A DNA stretch of 63,137 nt, counting the filler, from Octopus bimaculoides (Eukaryota): NCBI RefSeq assembly GCF_001194135.2. It is 8 parts of 7 records of this genome, joined end to end, with 100 filler letters (N's around TTAATTAATTAA, not from the genome) between each part and the next. Parts side by side here need not be neighbours in the genome. Positions count along the whole stretch, not along the records: positions 1 to 15,893 come from NC_068988.1; positions 15,994 to 43,333 come from NC_068983.1; 6 more parts are not named here. One strand, given 5' to 3'. Of the stretch, positions 11,884 to 23,610 are shown piece after piece; within the stretch, counting starts at the first letter, position 1, and each line of letters opens with the position of its first letter. Both the position numbers and the translations under genes were made by a program. Under the pieces are notes generated by a model, which was not told the origin of the DNA, did no database searches, and saw only the letters and a list, made by a program, of their open reading frames with translations.

Positions 11884-12159
11884 GATAGTATAAGAGCTTT
11901 ATTTGTACATTCAAAACGTTATATATATATATATATATATTTATGAGTGTGTGTGTGTATATAATAGAGAGAGGGGAGTCAGAGGGACAGACAGACCAAT
12001 AGAGAGAGCAGAGAGAGTAATCCGTGAACTCGAACCAGATGCAACACGAGCAGTATTTGTCCTGAGACCGTATCTACTATAGATGTACAGTGTTATATAA
12101 GACACAAAAATATATTAGTAACAGACGGAAATCGTTTAGCAGCAATGACAGGATCTCTT

Positions 12160-12540
12160 ATTGTGCATTTCTCCTGATTGGACTTCGTCAGTCGCAAGTA
12201 TCCAATAGTAGCCATAAGACAAAATCCGCCCTCACTGATTGAAAATCACCACTGTTGCAATTAGCTGATTGCACAAAAGTTTGTCTCCTGATGATATCTT
12301 TTCGCATTTTTTTAAATATTGCACGTCCATAAGTAATATTGTCTCGTGACGAATAACGAAGTAGATTAGGCTTTTTAATGATGCATCTTGATGCAAGTTT
12401 CATGTACGATTTGCTGCTTTAAGCTAATACTGATTCTATTGCACATGAAAAGCTTTTGTCCAACCAGCCAGTTAATTACAACATTGATAATATTTCAGTT
12501 ACTCTTTTACTACATCGGTGCCAGCGAAATTTGTGTTGGC
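12160..12540 (-). mobile_element. Highly decayed PLE 3' end (possible GIY-YIG remnant plus hammerhead remnant)
   Basis: The minus strand gives NII..V..ISLKQQIVH-like text, followed by TGCGA-CTGACGA-AGTCC-AATCA-GGA-GAAA at ~12198-12168. Confidence 0.35.
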
Positions 12541-13624
12541 TGGCAATTTCCAGTGAATAATTGCTACTGATGAAACTCAACGAGGTAGAAATGTTGAAGA
12601 GTACTTGGTGAAGAGCCAATGCCCGAATCGTTGCCTTATTTTCCTTTCTCTTTCTTTTGGGCTACCAGTACATTAACTTTACACATTGTCAACATTGTCA
12701 ACATCTCAACATTGTATTAGATCTCTAACCTGAATATTATTTACTAGCATATCATTTTACTATGTGGATCGGAACTTAATTCATACTACTCCCAGATTAC
12801 GTGTTCGCACACGCACAAGCATTCACACTCATACACACGCATGCATATACGTGCGAGTGTTTTTACATTTGTATATGTGTGCAAGTATATATATATTACA
12901 TATATATATATCTTTTTCCCCCCTCGTACTTCCCCTCTTTCTCTTTTCCTCTCGTTGCTCACCTATTCTTCTACTTCCTCCCTTTGTTTCTCCCTCTACC
13001 ACTCTCTCTCTTCCCCTTACACCGGCATGGTCACATGCTTCCGGTCAATAATCCTTTTCTTCCTTGGCTATCGCCGAGCAAACACGCGAACTACCTCGTC
13101 CCTACTTTCAAGTTCGTGCCTCACAGCGTTCATACACACATAATTTTTCTCGTCTGGCCGTAAAGCCTTTTCTGTTTGTTTTCCTGTCTTGTTTTTTGTC
13201 CGCCACTACATTCCTCCATGGCAAGATTTAATTTGTGTATACAAATTTAATTTGCGGTNNNNNNNNNNNNNNNNNNNNNNNNNNNNNNNNNNNNNNNNNN
13301 NNNNNNNNNNNNNNNNNNNNNNNNNNNNNNNNNNNNNNNNNNNNNNNNNNNNNNNNNNNNNNNNNNNNNNNNNNNNNNNNNNNNNNNNNNNNNNNNNNNN
13401 NNNNNNNNNNNNNNNNNNNNNNNNNNNNNNNNNNNNNNNNNNNNNNNNNNNNNNNNNNNNNNNNNNNNNNNNNNNNNNNNNNNNNNNNNNNNNNNNNNNN
13501 NNNNNNNNNNNNNNNNNNNNNNNNNNNNNNNNNNNNNNNNNNNNNNNNNNNNNNNNNNNNNNNNNNNNNNNNNNNNNNNNNNNNNNNNNNNNNNNNNNNN
13601 NNNNNNNNNNNNNNNNNNNNNNNN

Positions 13625-13668
<44 letters not shown>

Positions 13669-14300
13669 CTGTGAGGTTTTCTATTTGGCGCCGAGCTGAC
13701 CTTTTTAATTAGTGTTTGGACAGGGAAAGGTTACATTTTTTTCAATCTATATCCTAATCTGAAACAACTGCCTCATTAAGGCATATAGATCAAGATAAAA
13801 TTTCACAGCGTCGTCTCTCCCTCTCTCTCTCTCTCTTTGTGTGTGTTTGTGTGTGTGTGTGCGTGTATGAGGGCGTGCGTGCGCGCGCGAGCGGACACGT
13901 TTGTGTAACTCCCTATTGCAATCGAACGATATCTATCGGTGTATCTCTGCAAGTCAATTAATTTCTCCAAACTACTTTGATATATCTTCCCTTTTCTTTC
14001 ACAATTTATAGTCTCGCTCTTTCATTGACATATTTACAATATTCATCTATCGTACAAAATAACTCATTAATTATATCACTCTCTATATGTATCTCTGTCT
14101 CGTATTTTTCTCTTTAAATATTCATTGGTCTTTCTCTCTCTCTTCTCTTAATTTTTGACCCTTTTTCTCTTTCATCTCTCACTACATCTCCTTCTCTCTC
14201 TCTCTCTTTCTGTCCGTCTGACTGTCTGTCTGTCTGTCTCTTTCTCTTTATCTCTGTTTTTTTCTAGCTCTTCTTGCTTCATTTTTTTCTGAGTGTGTGT

Positions 14301-14333
<33 letters not shown>

Positions 14334-15259
14334 NNNNNNNNNNNNNNNNNNNNNNNNNNNNNNNNNNNNNNNNNNNNNNNNNNNNNNNNNNNNNNNNNNN
14401 NNNNNNNNNNNNNNNNNNNNNNNNNNNNNNNNNNNNNNNNNNNNNNNNNNNNNNNNNNNNNNNNNNNNNNNNNNNNNNNNNNNNNNNNNNNNNNNNNNNN
14501 NNNNNNNNNNNNNNNNNNNNNNNNNNNNNNNNNNNNNNNNNNNNNNNNNNNNNNNNNNNNNNNNNNNNNNNNNNNNNNNNNNNNNNNNNNNNNNNNNNNN
14601 NNNNNNNNNNNNNNNNNNNNNNNNNNNNNNNNNNNNNNNNNNNNNNNNNNNNNNNNNNNNNNNNNNNNNNNNNNNNNNNNNNNNNNNNNNNNNNNNNNNN
14701 NNNNNNNNNNNNNNNNNNNNNNNNNNNNNNNNNNNNNNNNNNNNNNNNNNNNNNNNNNNNNNNNNNNNNNNNNNNNNNNNNNNNNNNNNNNNNNNNNNNN
14801 NNNNNNNNNNNNNNNNNNNNNNNNNNNNNNNNNNNNNNNNNNNNNNNNNNNNNNNNNNNNNNNNNNNNNNNNNNNNNNNNNNNNNNNNNNNNNNNNNNNN
14901 NNNNNNNNNNNNNNNNNNNNNNNNNNNNNNNNNNNNNNNNNNNNNNNNNNNNNNNNNNNNNNNNNNNNNNNNNNNNNNNNNNNNNNNNNNNNNNNNNNNN
15001 NNNNNNNNNNNNNNNNNNNNNNNNNNNNNNNNNNNNNNNNNNNNNNNNNNNNNNNNNNNNNNNNNNNNNNNNNNNNNNNNNNNNNNNNNNNNNNNNNNNN
15101 NNNNNNNNNNNNNNNNNNNNNNNNNNNNNNNNNNNNNNNNNNNNNNNNNNNNNNNNNNNNNNNNNNNNNNNNNNNNNNNNNNNNNNNNNNNNNNNNNNNN
15201 NNNNNNNNNNNNNNNNNNNNNNNNNNNNNNNNNNNNNNNNNNNNNNNNNNNNNNNNNNN

Positions 15260-15292
<33 letters not shown>

Positions 15293-15893
15293 TATATATG
15301 TATATATATATATAAACCCAATCTACATATATACACATGCATATATGCATATTTACATACATGAAAGTATAAATACCCTTGCACTCACAATAGCAGCATC
15401 TATATTAAATTGAAAAACATAATAAACACCAACAGTGTGAATGGAAATACGGGTGAGTGTACACCGTATTAATGTAGTACGTGTTAAAGACATTCACAGA
15501 TCGACACGCAGACGTACGCGCGCTCAAATACACTTGCATAAAGAGATGCTTATGTGTTGGGAAGCAATGCTTATGAATCTACGGCTGTGTTGCTGGCATT
15601 TGCTGGCTTTATATTGTATAGGATTGTGTTGTTATTGATACACAAACCTATATATCAAACGGGATGCAAGAGCGAGCGAGGGTGGGAGTGGAGGTGGGTC
15701 AAGGAGGGAGAGAGATAGAGGGAGAGGGGGAGTGGGGAAAGGGGGGTGGGTGGAGAGAAAAGTGATATACGTCTTTCTTTAGAATGCTTTTCATTGAAGA
15801 CGTGACTATACTCACTCGTATGATGCTTGTCAATCTGTAGAAGTTAGACATTTCATATACTGTAAGTTACAGAATCACACATACACCGACACG

Positions 15894-15993
15894 NNNNNNN
15901 NNNNNNNNNNNNNNNNNNNNNNNNNNNNNNNNNNNNNTTAATTAATTAANNNNNNNNNNNNNNNNNNNNNNNNNNNNNNNNNNNNNNNNNNNN
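15894..15993. other. Artificial scaffold-joining spacer N44-TTAATTAATTAA-N44
   Basis: Exactly 100 bp, and the 12-mer has stops in all six frames. Identical blocks lie at 43334-43433, 50772-50871, 52832-52931, 56574-56673, 58757-58856 and 60939-61038. Confidence 0.95.
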
Positions 15994-16682
15994 TATATAT
16001 ATATATATATATATATACATAAATGTATGTATGTATGTATGCACACACACTGAGAGTGAGTAATACATAGAGAATAATAAACAGATAAAAAGTAAAGAAA
16101 TAAATAGAAATATAGAGACAGATAGCTGAAGTGGAAGAAAGAGAGGTAGGCAGATAGAGAGAAATGTATATGGAGAAATAGACAGCAATATATGACTTGG
16201 TCCTGCACCTCATAACCCTCTTCTTATTCACTTTGCCTAAACTCCTATTGTTGCACTGTTACCGAGAAATAAACCAAATGAATTTCACCTACTTCAATAT
16301 TATTCAACTTTCTGTCTTACTGAGAACGATCAATATTTTCCTCTGTATGTGTGTGTCAGGAGAGAAGGAAGTGAGGTCTATGATTTATCCTATGCAACTA
16401 TATCTTGTTTTGTGTTTTAAGGAATATCAGGATGTATGGCACGGTTTCAGTTATTGGATTGAAGTCATGCTCAGGCACAGGTTTTTCGAGGAAGGGGAAG
16501 AGGTTAGTAATTCTAATCAATCCTGACCCCAAATCTACCTGGTCTGAAGATAAGATGGGAAGGTCATGTTTAGAACAATCTGATTGCCTGCTTGAATGGA
16601 ATTAACTCAATAGAGTGATAGCAGTGATCTGCTGTTGTTCTGTTTCAAAGCTGTTCAGTTTTGGGAGCAATCTACCTAAATT

Positions 16683-16905
16683 ATCATCATCATCATCGTT
16701 TAACGTCCGCTTTCCATGCTAGCATGGGTTGGACGATTTGACTGAGGACTGGTGAAACCGGATGGCAACACCAGGCTCCAATCTAAATTTGGCAGAGTTT
16801 CTACAGCTGAATGCCCTTCCTAACGCCAACCACTCAGAGAGTGTAGTAGGTGCTTTTACGTATCACCTGCACGAAGGCCAGTCAGGCGATAGTGGTGTCG
16901 AATAT
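16683..16905 (-). mobile_element. Interspersed repeat with RTE-like 3' tail (family D)
   Basis: The minus strand ends GCATGGAAAGCGGACGTTAAACGATGATGATGA. The body is shared with 21777-22195, 35085-35250 and 41200-41365. Confidence 0.8.
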
Positions 16906-17449
16906 GGAGCATGGGAAAATTAGTAAGGGTCTGTGGTAGCAACAAGGGTAATGAAATTGAAGAATGGTCATAGGTACCAATAAGTTTAGTTGCCACAGAA
17001 TGAGATGAGTGGATGCAGCTTTTTGGATGCTTTGTATGATTTGGCATAACTGACTGGACATTGAACCTGTTTTGTGACTGGAGGCAAACACACACATACA
17101 AGCACAACACACACAGACATTTGCATGAATATACACATACAGATAAAGAGAGCCAGTACAATTTCTTATTAATTGAACATGATTGACATAAACCTTTCTC
17201 TCTTCTCATGCACATAAGGAAAAATAAGTTCAAAAATAGTGAAAGAAAGAGAGAGGCGGGGTAGGAAAAACTAAGGAAACATTAAAACATCAGAGATCAA
17301 AGAAGTCAGTGTCAAATCAGTGTTGTCAAATTGACGAAGCCAATACAAATCAACGCCTGTTTGTCATGAGCAATGGACTTTGTTTCTTGAACAGAGAGTG
17401 AAAGATTGCAATCCAAACTGTCAGATTTTTTTCAAACCCCACAGCAACT

Positions 17450-17900
17450 AAACCTACTGAAGCATGCGAACTCTCTTGGACTTTTATGGCAATACTATAG
17501 ATAGATATTGATATATCCTTGAGATTTACGAAGGTTAGAGATAGATGAGTGATTGGGTGTATGGCAGTGTATCATGAAGATGGATACTGGGAGTTCTCTA
17601 GATGGGGAACTTTGGTGTACCATGGAGGATGGGGGTGAATATTTAGGGTGCTCTGGGGTACAGTTGTATGTCATTCGACAATGCAAATGTGATTGAATAA
17701 GGAATGAGGTAATCAGGAGTTTAGCTATTTATTGCATGACTGAATAAGTGGGATGAGGATATTCTGATGCAGGGAATCAGGGAAACTGAATAAGAGGGGT
17801 AACAGGGGCAGAGTACTATAATGTTCAGCAGTGTAGTATGGTCCCTGAAAGTAAATACAAAAGAGGCAAGTGCAGGAGATTACAGTAGAATATTAATGAA
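17450..17900 (-). mobile_element. Old I/Jockey-group LINE RT fragment
   Basis: The minus strand reads IP...ISSSHLFSHAINS (compare GIPQGSILSPTLF) and SITFALSNDIQLY (compare FALYADDIQLY), with stops and frameshifts. Confidence 0.5.
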
Positions 17901-18149
17901 TTACAGAAGTATGATAGAGGCAATATGTGTCATTCTGTCACATTAACATAGCTAAATGTAGTTTTGTTTTGGAGGTGGGTGGTATTTTGTGGGATATTAG
18001 GTATGTTTTTGGAGAATGAGCTAAACTGAAGGTCACTCCAGGTGGCACAAACACTGGTTATATCATTGATCTATCATATTTTATCTAAAAATTGCCTATC
18101 TCCCCTGAAATTAAGCCAAATTTATTGTACCTTACCCCATGTTCTTTGC

Positions 18150-18670
18150 TAGTGGAGGTGCATGGCTTAGCGGTTAGAGTGTTGGACTCATGATGATAAG
18201 ATTGTGGTTTCAATTCCTGGGCCAGGAGATGTGTTGTGTTCTTGAGTAAAGCACTTCATTTCCTGTTGCTCCAGTCCACTCAGCTGGCAAAACAAGCAAT
18301 CCTGTGATGGGCCGGTGTCCTGTCCAGGTGGGCAATGTATATGCCATGAAACCGGGAAACTGGCCCTTATGAGTTAGTATGACTCAAGAAGGTAACTCTA
18401 ATTTTTTAGCAGAGGTATGTGGTTTAGTGGTTAAGCTGTTGGACTCCTGATAGTAAGATTGTGGTTTCGATTCCTGGACCAGGCAATGCATTGTGTTCTT
18501 AAACAAAACAGTCAAATTTCCAACAAATTGCACCTTCCTATTTTTTCAAAAGCAAAGAATAAATCAAACAATGCAGACCCTAATACATAAAAAGATTGGA
18601 TGTTTATGGCTGTAATATCTTTGATCATAGGTTTGCTTTGTCAAGGATGACCTGAGACTAAACAACACCT
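18150..18670 (+). mobile_element. Two adjacent tRNA-derived SINEs (18150-18400, 18410-18670)
   Basis: Both start with GTGGTTAG..GTTGGACTC..GATTGTGGTTTC.ATTCCTGG.CCAGG (A and B boxes) and have different bodies. Confidence 0.8.
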
Positions 18671-19802
18671 GGAGATTTTAGTGTACCTCTAAGGCTACAT
18701 GTCTAAACAAGTGTATGTGTTATATTTATGTTGAGTTTCTACATTCTATTCCAGCAACTCCAAATGGTGTATCTGAGCTACAAAGAGACAAATGGTTGTA
18801 GATAATGTTTACTTTGTAACTATCACTTCTAAAGAACATGAAAGCAATTATTAGGGCCATAAACTCCTATATTTTGTGTGTCTGCCAATGAGAGAGGATG
18901 GGTGAGAGGAATAGACAATCAGGGTGGAAAGCAAGTAAAGAGGTAGAGAAAGAGAGATGAAAGGTAAAATTAACCTGAGGAAGATTTGAAATTTTAGTGG
19001 ACAGAACTAAACATTGCAACATCTAATGCTGGCCTCTATCATTTCCATCAACTCAAACTCATCATTCTTGGAATGTGTTAATATTACTTTACTTGAATAA
19101 TAGTAAGTATTATTCTATTGGAAAAGATAATGTCAGCTTTTATTTATATAAATCTGCCTAAATATCGATAACAGCAAGAGACTGTTTACCTTCTAAATGC
19201 TGCTTGCGTGTTGTTTGTGTAGAAAATTCTATTATTGTCTTGCAGAAAATAAAGGTACATAACAACTAAACTATGCACTGTTTTCTTGATTCTTTAGCCT
19301 GATGTTGTCTACAGCATATCAAATCTTTTGGAAAGAAAAGAATTAGTCCAATTATTCTGCTCCCCAAAATAGTTATACTATAAATCAATCACATCACTTT
19401 GGTTTTCATTTAACCCTTCAAAATATCTGAATAAAGGTTTCCATAAAAAGCTACAGACAAAAGAGTAAGTATTTCAAGTGTAATTCAATTTTAAAAATTC
19501 AATGGAAGCAGATGTACTTGATTGTTTAAGGGTTTGAAGAATAAATCCATGAATGTATTCTCAAAATAGCAACAATTGATAAACAGTTCTCTGCATTGTG
19601 CAGAGATGTTACAAACAGAAAAACTTTGATTACAAGGTAATTTTTCTCCTTCTTTTTCTTTTTTCTTCTTCTTCTTCTTCTCACTTACCAGCTGCAGCAT
19701 GAACTATAGACACAATTTAGCGATCTAATTTAATTTATCTGTTAACGGAAGCAAAGGAAATATAATTTCTTTGATCAGTTATAGCAGTAAATTTAGTTTA
19801 CA

Positions 19803-19843
<41 letters not shown>

Positions 19844-20283
19844 TAGATACTAATAAAGATAGCAGCCTTGGAAAATATAGCAGGATTAGAAATAAAATAA
19901 CAGTTCTGTTAGGAGAATATTTCATCAGGTTTAATTAATAAATTTTATCTTCGCAATCAAGCACCAGCAAAAAAACATTAAAAAATTAAACAGATATTAG
20001 ATGTTTTAAAGAAGTATTTATATATTTTAACTTCTCAGAACTCTATGAAAACAGAATTCACAATTTGGTTATCTTTAAAGTATGAGAAGTGTGCTATCAT
20101 TACTATTTTTATTAGAAATTTTAAATATTTCAAATTCATTACACATCAAATGTCTCTAATTTTAGAAACTATCTGGAATAAAATTAATTTCTTCCCTATC
20201 TTAAAAACTAGGAAATTCTGAACTAGGTTTGATGCAATTTGACACATAAAAATTAAATATGCAAGTTTAACTAATTTTACCAT

Positions 20284-20630
20284 AGGTGCAGATATGGCTA
20301 TGTGTTAAGAAGTTTACTTCCCAACCACATGGTTCTTAGTTCAGTCCCACTGCATGGGACCTTGGGCAAATGTTTTCATACTTTCACCTCAAGATAACCA
20401 ATATATATATGTGTGTATCTTTGTGCCTGTGTTTGTTCCCACAACTGCATTGGTGTATTTATGTCCTGGTAACAGTTTGGCAAAAGACACCAAGAGTACC
20501 AGTACTTTTAAAAAAAGTACTGGGGTCAATTTGTTTGACTAAAAATACTGGGGTCAATTCATTTGACTAAAAATTCTTCAAGGTGGTGCCCCAGCATGGC
20601 CACAGTCTAATGATTGAAACAAATAAAAAA
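20284..20630 (+). mobile_element. tRNA-derived SINE, family A (old copy)
   Basis: Family A head and tail, with a small internal tandem duplication (TACTGGGGTCAATT twice). Confidence 0.85.
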
Positions 20631-21582
20631 TAATCTGATATGTCACTGTTTTGTTTTAAGACCCAGGTTGGGTTTTGGCTGAAGAAATCTATTATCAGAG
20701 GCATTCCAGCCATGACCATTCTACCTTTCATGGTTACCAAGGACAATATTATTTTATGATTTATTAAGGACAATATCATCTGACGTATTTTGTCTTGTTT
20801 AAAAAGGTAATGAGAGGAGGTGATTCAAGGAAGATTTGGCTGCTGTTTCTCATGGGTTGACCAGCTTTGTCAAAGTTCTTCTTGGGCCTGAGCCTAATAT
20901 GAGATTAAACTGATTGTCGATCTTTATCTATTTCATCCTTGTGTCAACATATCTTAGCATGCGTTTCACTTAACTCATCTCCTGATGTTCTAGAACCCCC
21001 ACTACCACCACCACCGCCTTTTTTTTTACATTACCAACTCCTAATCAATTTCTCACTGTTTCTCTGCATTTTTCTAGCCCATCCCATGCCCACTTCCACT
21101 CATTAGAATATTATTTATATAATTATGAAGCAATAAAATTCTTCCCTCTAGCTATATAATGTTCCTTGGAAAATGTTGCTGATATTAAACACATGTCCAA
21201 ATTTTCATCTGCAACCTTGTTACACTTTATAACCATACTCTACAGTCTTCTCCTCTGCCACATAACCATAAAAATAATATTTCAAAGATTTTTTTTTCCT
21301 TCTCATAAATATTAATTTCAATTGGATAGTTTTTACAAACACTAATATTTTCAAAGGAATCACTCAGTCTAAATGTTTCTATTTTCATGTGATTATCTTC
21401 TGATCAGCTGTAAAATGAGGTATATTTTAAGAGAGGATGATGTTGTAGTGACGTTATAAACTGACACAATAGGCAGGGTGGAGGTAGTGGGTTTTAAACT
21501 GACAAATGGTAACCCTACTCCCTACAAAGTATAACTGAAATATATTTTGCCCCACTTCCTCTTTATTAACGAGAAGAAAAAA

Positions 21583-21599
21583 TAGGTGCAGATATAACA

Positions 21600-21643
<44 letters not shown>

Positions 21644-21745
21644 AAGGAGTTTGCTTTGCAACCACATGGTTTTGGGTTCAGTCCCACTGTGCAACATCTT
21701 GGGCTGACCAAAGTCTTGTGAGTGAATTTGGCCTATGATAACTGT
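21583..21745 (+). mobile_element. SINE family A, 5' part with (TG)n insertion
   Basis: AGGTGCAG...AACCACATGGTTTTGGGTTCAGTCCCACTG. Confidence 0.75.
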
Positions 21746-21776
21746 GTGTATGTATGTATGTGTATGTATGTATGTA

Positions 21777-22195
21777 TGCTAGCATGGGTTGGACGATTTG
21801 ACTGGGGACTGGCGAACCAGATGGCTACACCAGACTCCAATCTGATCTGACAGAATTTCTACAGCTGGATGCCCTTCCTAACGCCAACCACTCCAAGAGT
21901 GTAGTGGGTGCTTTTTATGTGCCACCAGCATGAGGGCAAGTCTGGCAGTACTGGCAACGGCCACGCTCAAATGGTATTTTTTACATGCTACCTGCACAGG
22001 AGTCAGTCTAATGTTTTGTTCACATGCCACCGGCACGAGTGCCAGTAAGGCAAAGCTGGAAACGACCACGCTCAAATGGTGCTTTTTACGTGCCACCAGC
22101 ACGGAAGTGAGACCGCTGCTCTGGCAGTGATCCCACTCGGATGGTGCTGTTAGCGCTCCACTGGCATGGGTGCCAGTCATCAAATTTGGTTCAGT
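21777..22195 (-). mobile_element. Family D repeat
   Basis: GCTAGCATGGGTTGGACGATTTGACTG...CCTTCCTAACGCCAACCACTCC, with internal repeated CCACGCTCAAATGG units. Confidence 0.8.
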
Positions 22196-22299
22196 TTTGA
22201 TTTCAATTACACTATATTATTTCCATACAGAATCACACATACTAAAATGATCTCAAAAGCTTCAATTTTTGTCTATATTATATAATATTTTTAGCAAAG

Positions 22300-22830
22300 C
22301 ACAGCTGTAGCACTCATCCACTACAATGATAACTACATTACTGTAGATTAAATAACACTACTAAGCAGCAACACATGGACTCTAACATAGCTCTACCAAA
22401 AGTTCTCTATGCCAATGAGATATGGAATAGCTCTGAGGAAAATCTACAGAAAGCTAAACATGTTCCACCAAATATGCTTCAGAAGGATTCTGAGATTACA
22501 TAAATAAAGACATCCATTCTAGGATTACATAAACAAAGACATCCATTCATTCTAAAGACAGCTGACATAAGATCACTTAGTGAAATTATCACAAAATGCA
22601 GATTAAAACTAGGTCAAATACTCTGGTTACCAGAACAATGCAATTTTAAAACAGCTTTCAAATGGACATAACTTAAGGGAAAAAGAAGGACATTGAAAAC
22701 TATATGGTGCAGAACGTTCACAACCAACATGAGAGAGGCCAATATCACATGGCTGAATGCAGAGAAAACTACAGCTAACCAGTGGTATCAACTTGTTGCC
22801 CACTGTGCTTGACAGTATTTGAGGAACTGA
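22300..22830 (+). mobile_element. RTE-clade LINE 3' fragment
   Basis: LPKVLYANEIWNSSEENLQK..FHQICFRRILR, IRSLSEIITKCRLK, KGKRR..KT.WCRTF..NMREANITWLNAE. This is the typical RTE post-RT tail, with stops and frameshifts. Confidence 0.8.
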
Positions 22831-23444
22831 TACTCAAACTTGCACCACCACAACTATAAATTTAATCAGCTAAAGACATGAACTGGAGTAGTCCAAGCTG
22901 ATTCTCAGGATGCTGAATCTCATCAAATAAATGACAAAAAGACTACAGCAAGTAATGTGATACTGAGCTAGAAATAAAAAAAAACCTGTCTTAGCATAGA
23001 AAAACAGATCCATAATGATGATGATGATGATTACAATGGTATATATATATATCCTACAAAGAAATCGATAGAAATTGCAAGACTTAACCTTATCAATAAT
23101 GATTACTTTCTAATGTGTGGGACAGACATTTATCTGTGTTTAAAAATTGCATATTTGTTAGAATGCCTTAACTAGCTGTGCCATGCTGCATTCCTGATAA
23201 TAGTGTAGATGTTTTATTAAATAAAATACCATCAGATTCTAGCAAAAAATTCCAGCAGTGCTATCTGCTTGCTATAAGATAAGCAGTGTACTTAAAAGGT
23301 TAAACATTCTGCTATTGCTCTCAACCCTGATGTGTTATCCCTCATAGGATACTGACACTCATAAATGGAAATATTTAATGAATCAAACAACTGACAGCTG
23401 TTAAATAGAGAGGTAATACACAGTATGTGTGTGTGTGTGAGTGT

Positions 23445-23610
23445 GTGGCAGTTGAGTTTATTAATGGATTAGACATCTGACTTGAAAGGTCAGGAGTTCA
23501 AATCTTACCAACATATATGATACCTTCAGGGCTGAGAAAAGAGGGTCACAGCTGGTTGTTAAATTGGTAGGTTACCGGCCAAGTGGCTAGCCAAAGGGTT
23601 AATAGTTTGT
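23445..23610 (+). mobile_element. Old tRNA-derived SINE
   Basis: GACATCTGACTTGAAAGGTCAGGAGTTCAAATC (B box), ending AAAGGGTTAAT. Confidence 0.55.

Noticed and set aside
15938-15949. TTAATTAATTAA as a recurring biological motif
   Set aside because: It is always centred in exactly 44+44 Ns, so it is an assembly spacer.
16197-16526. 109-aa ORF and possible exon 16421-16501
   Set aside because: Two frames are open with no homology recognised, so it cannot be told from chance.
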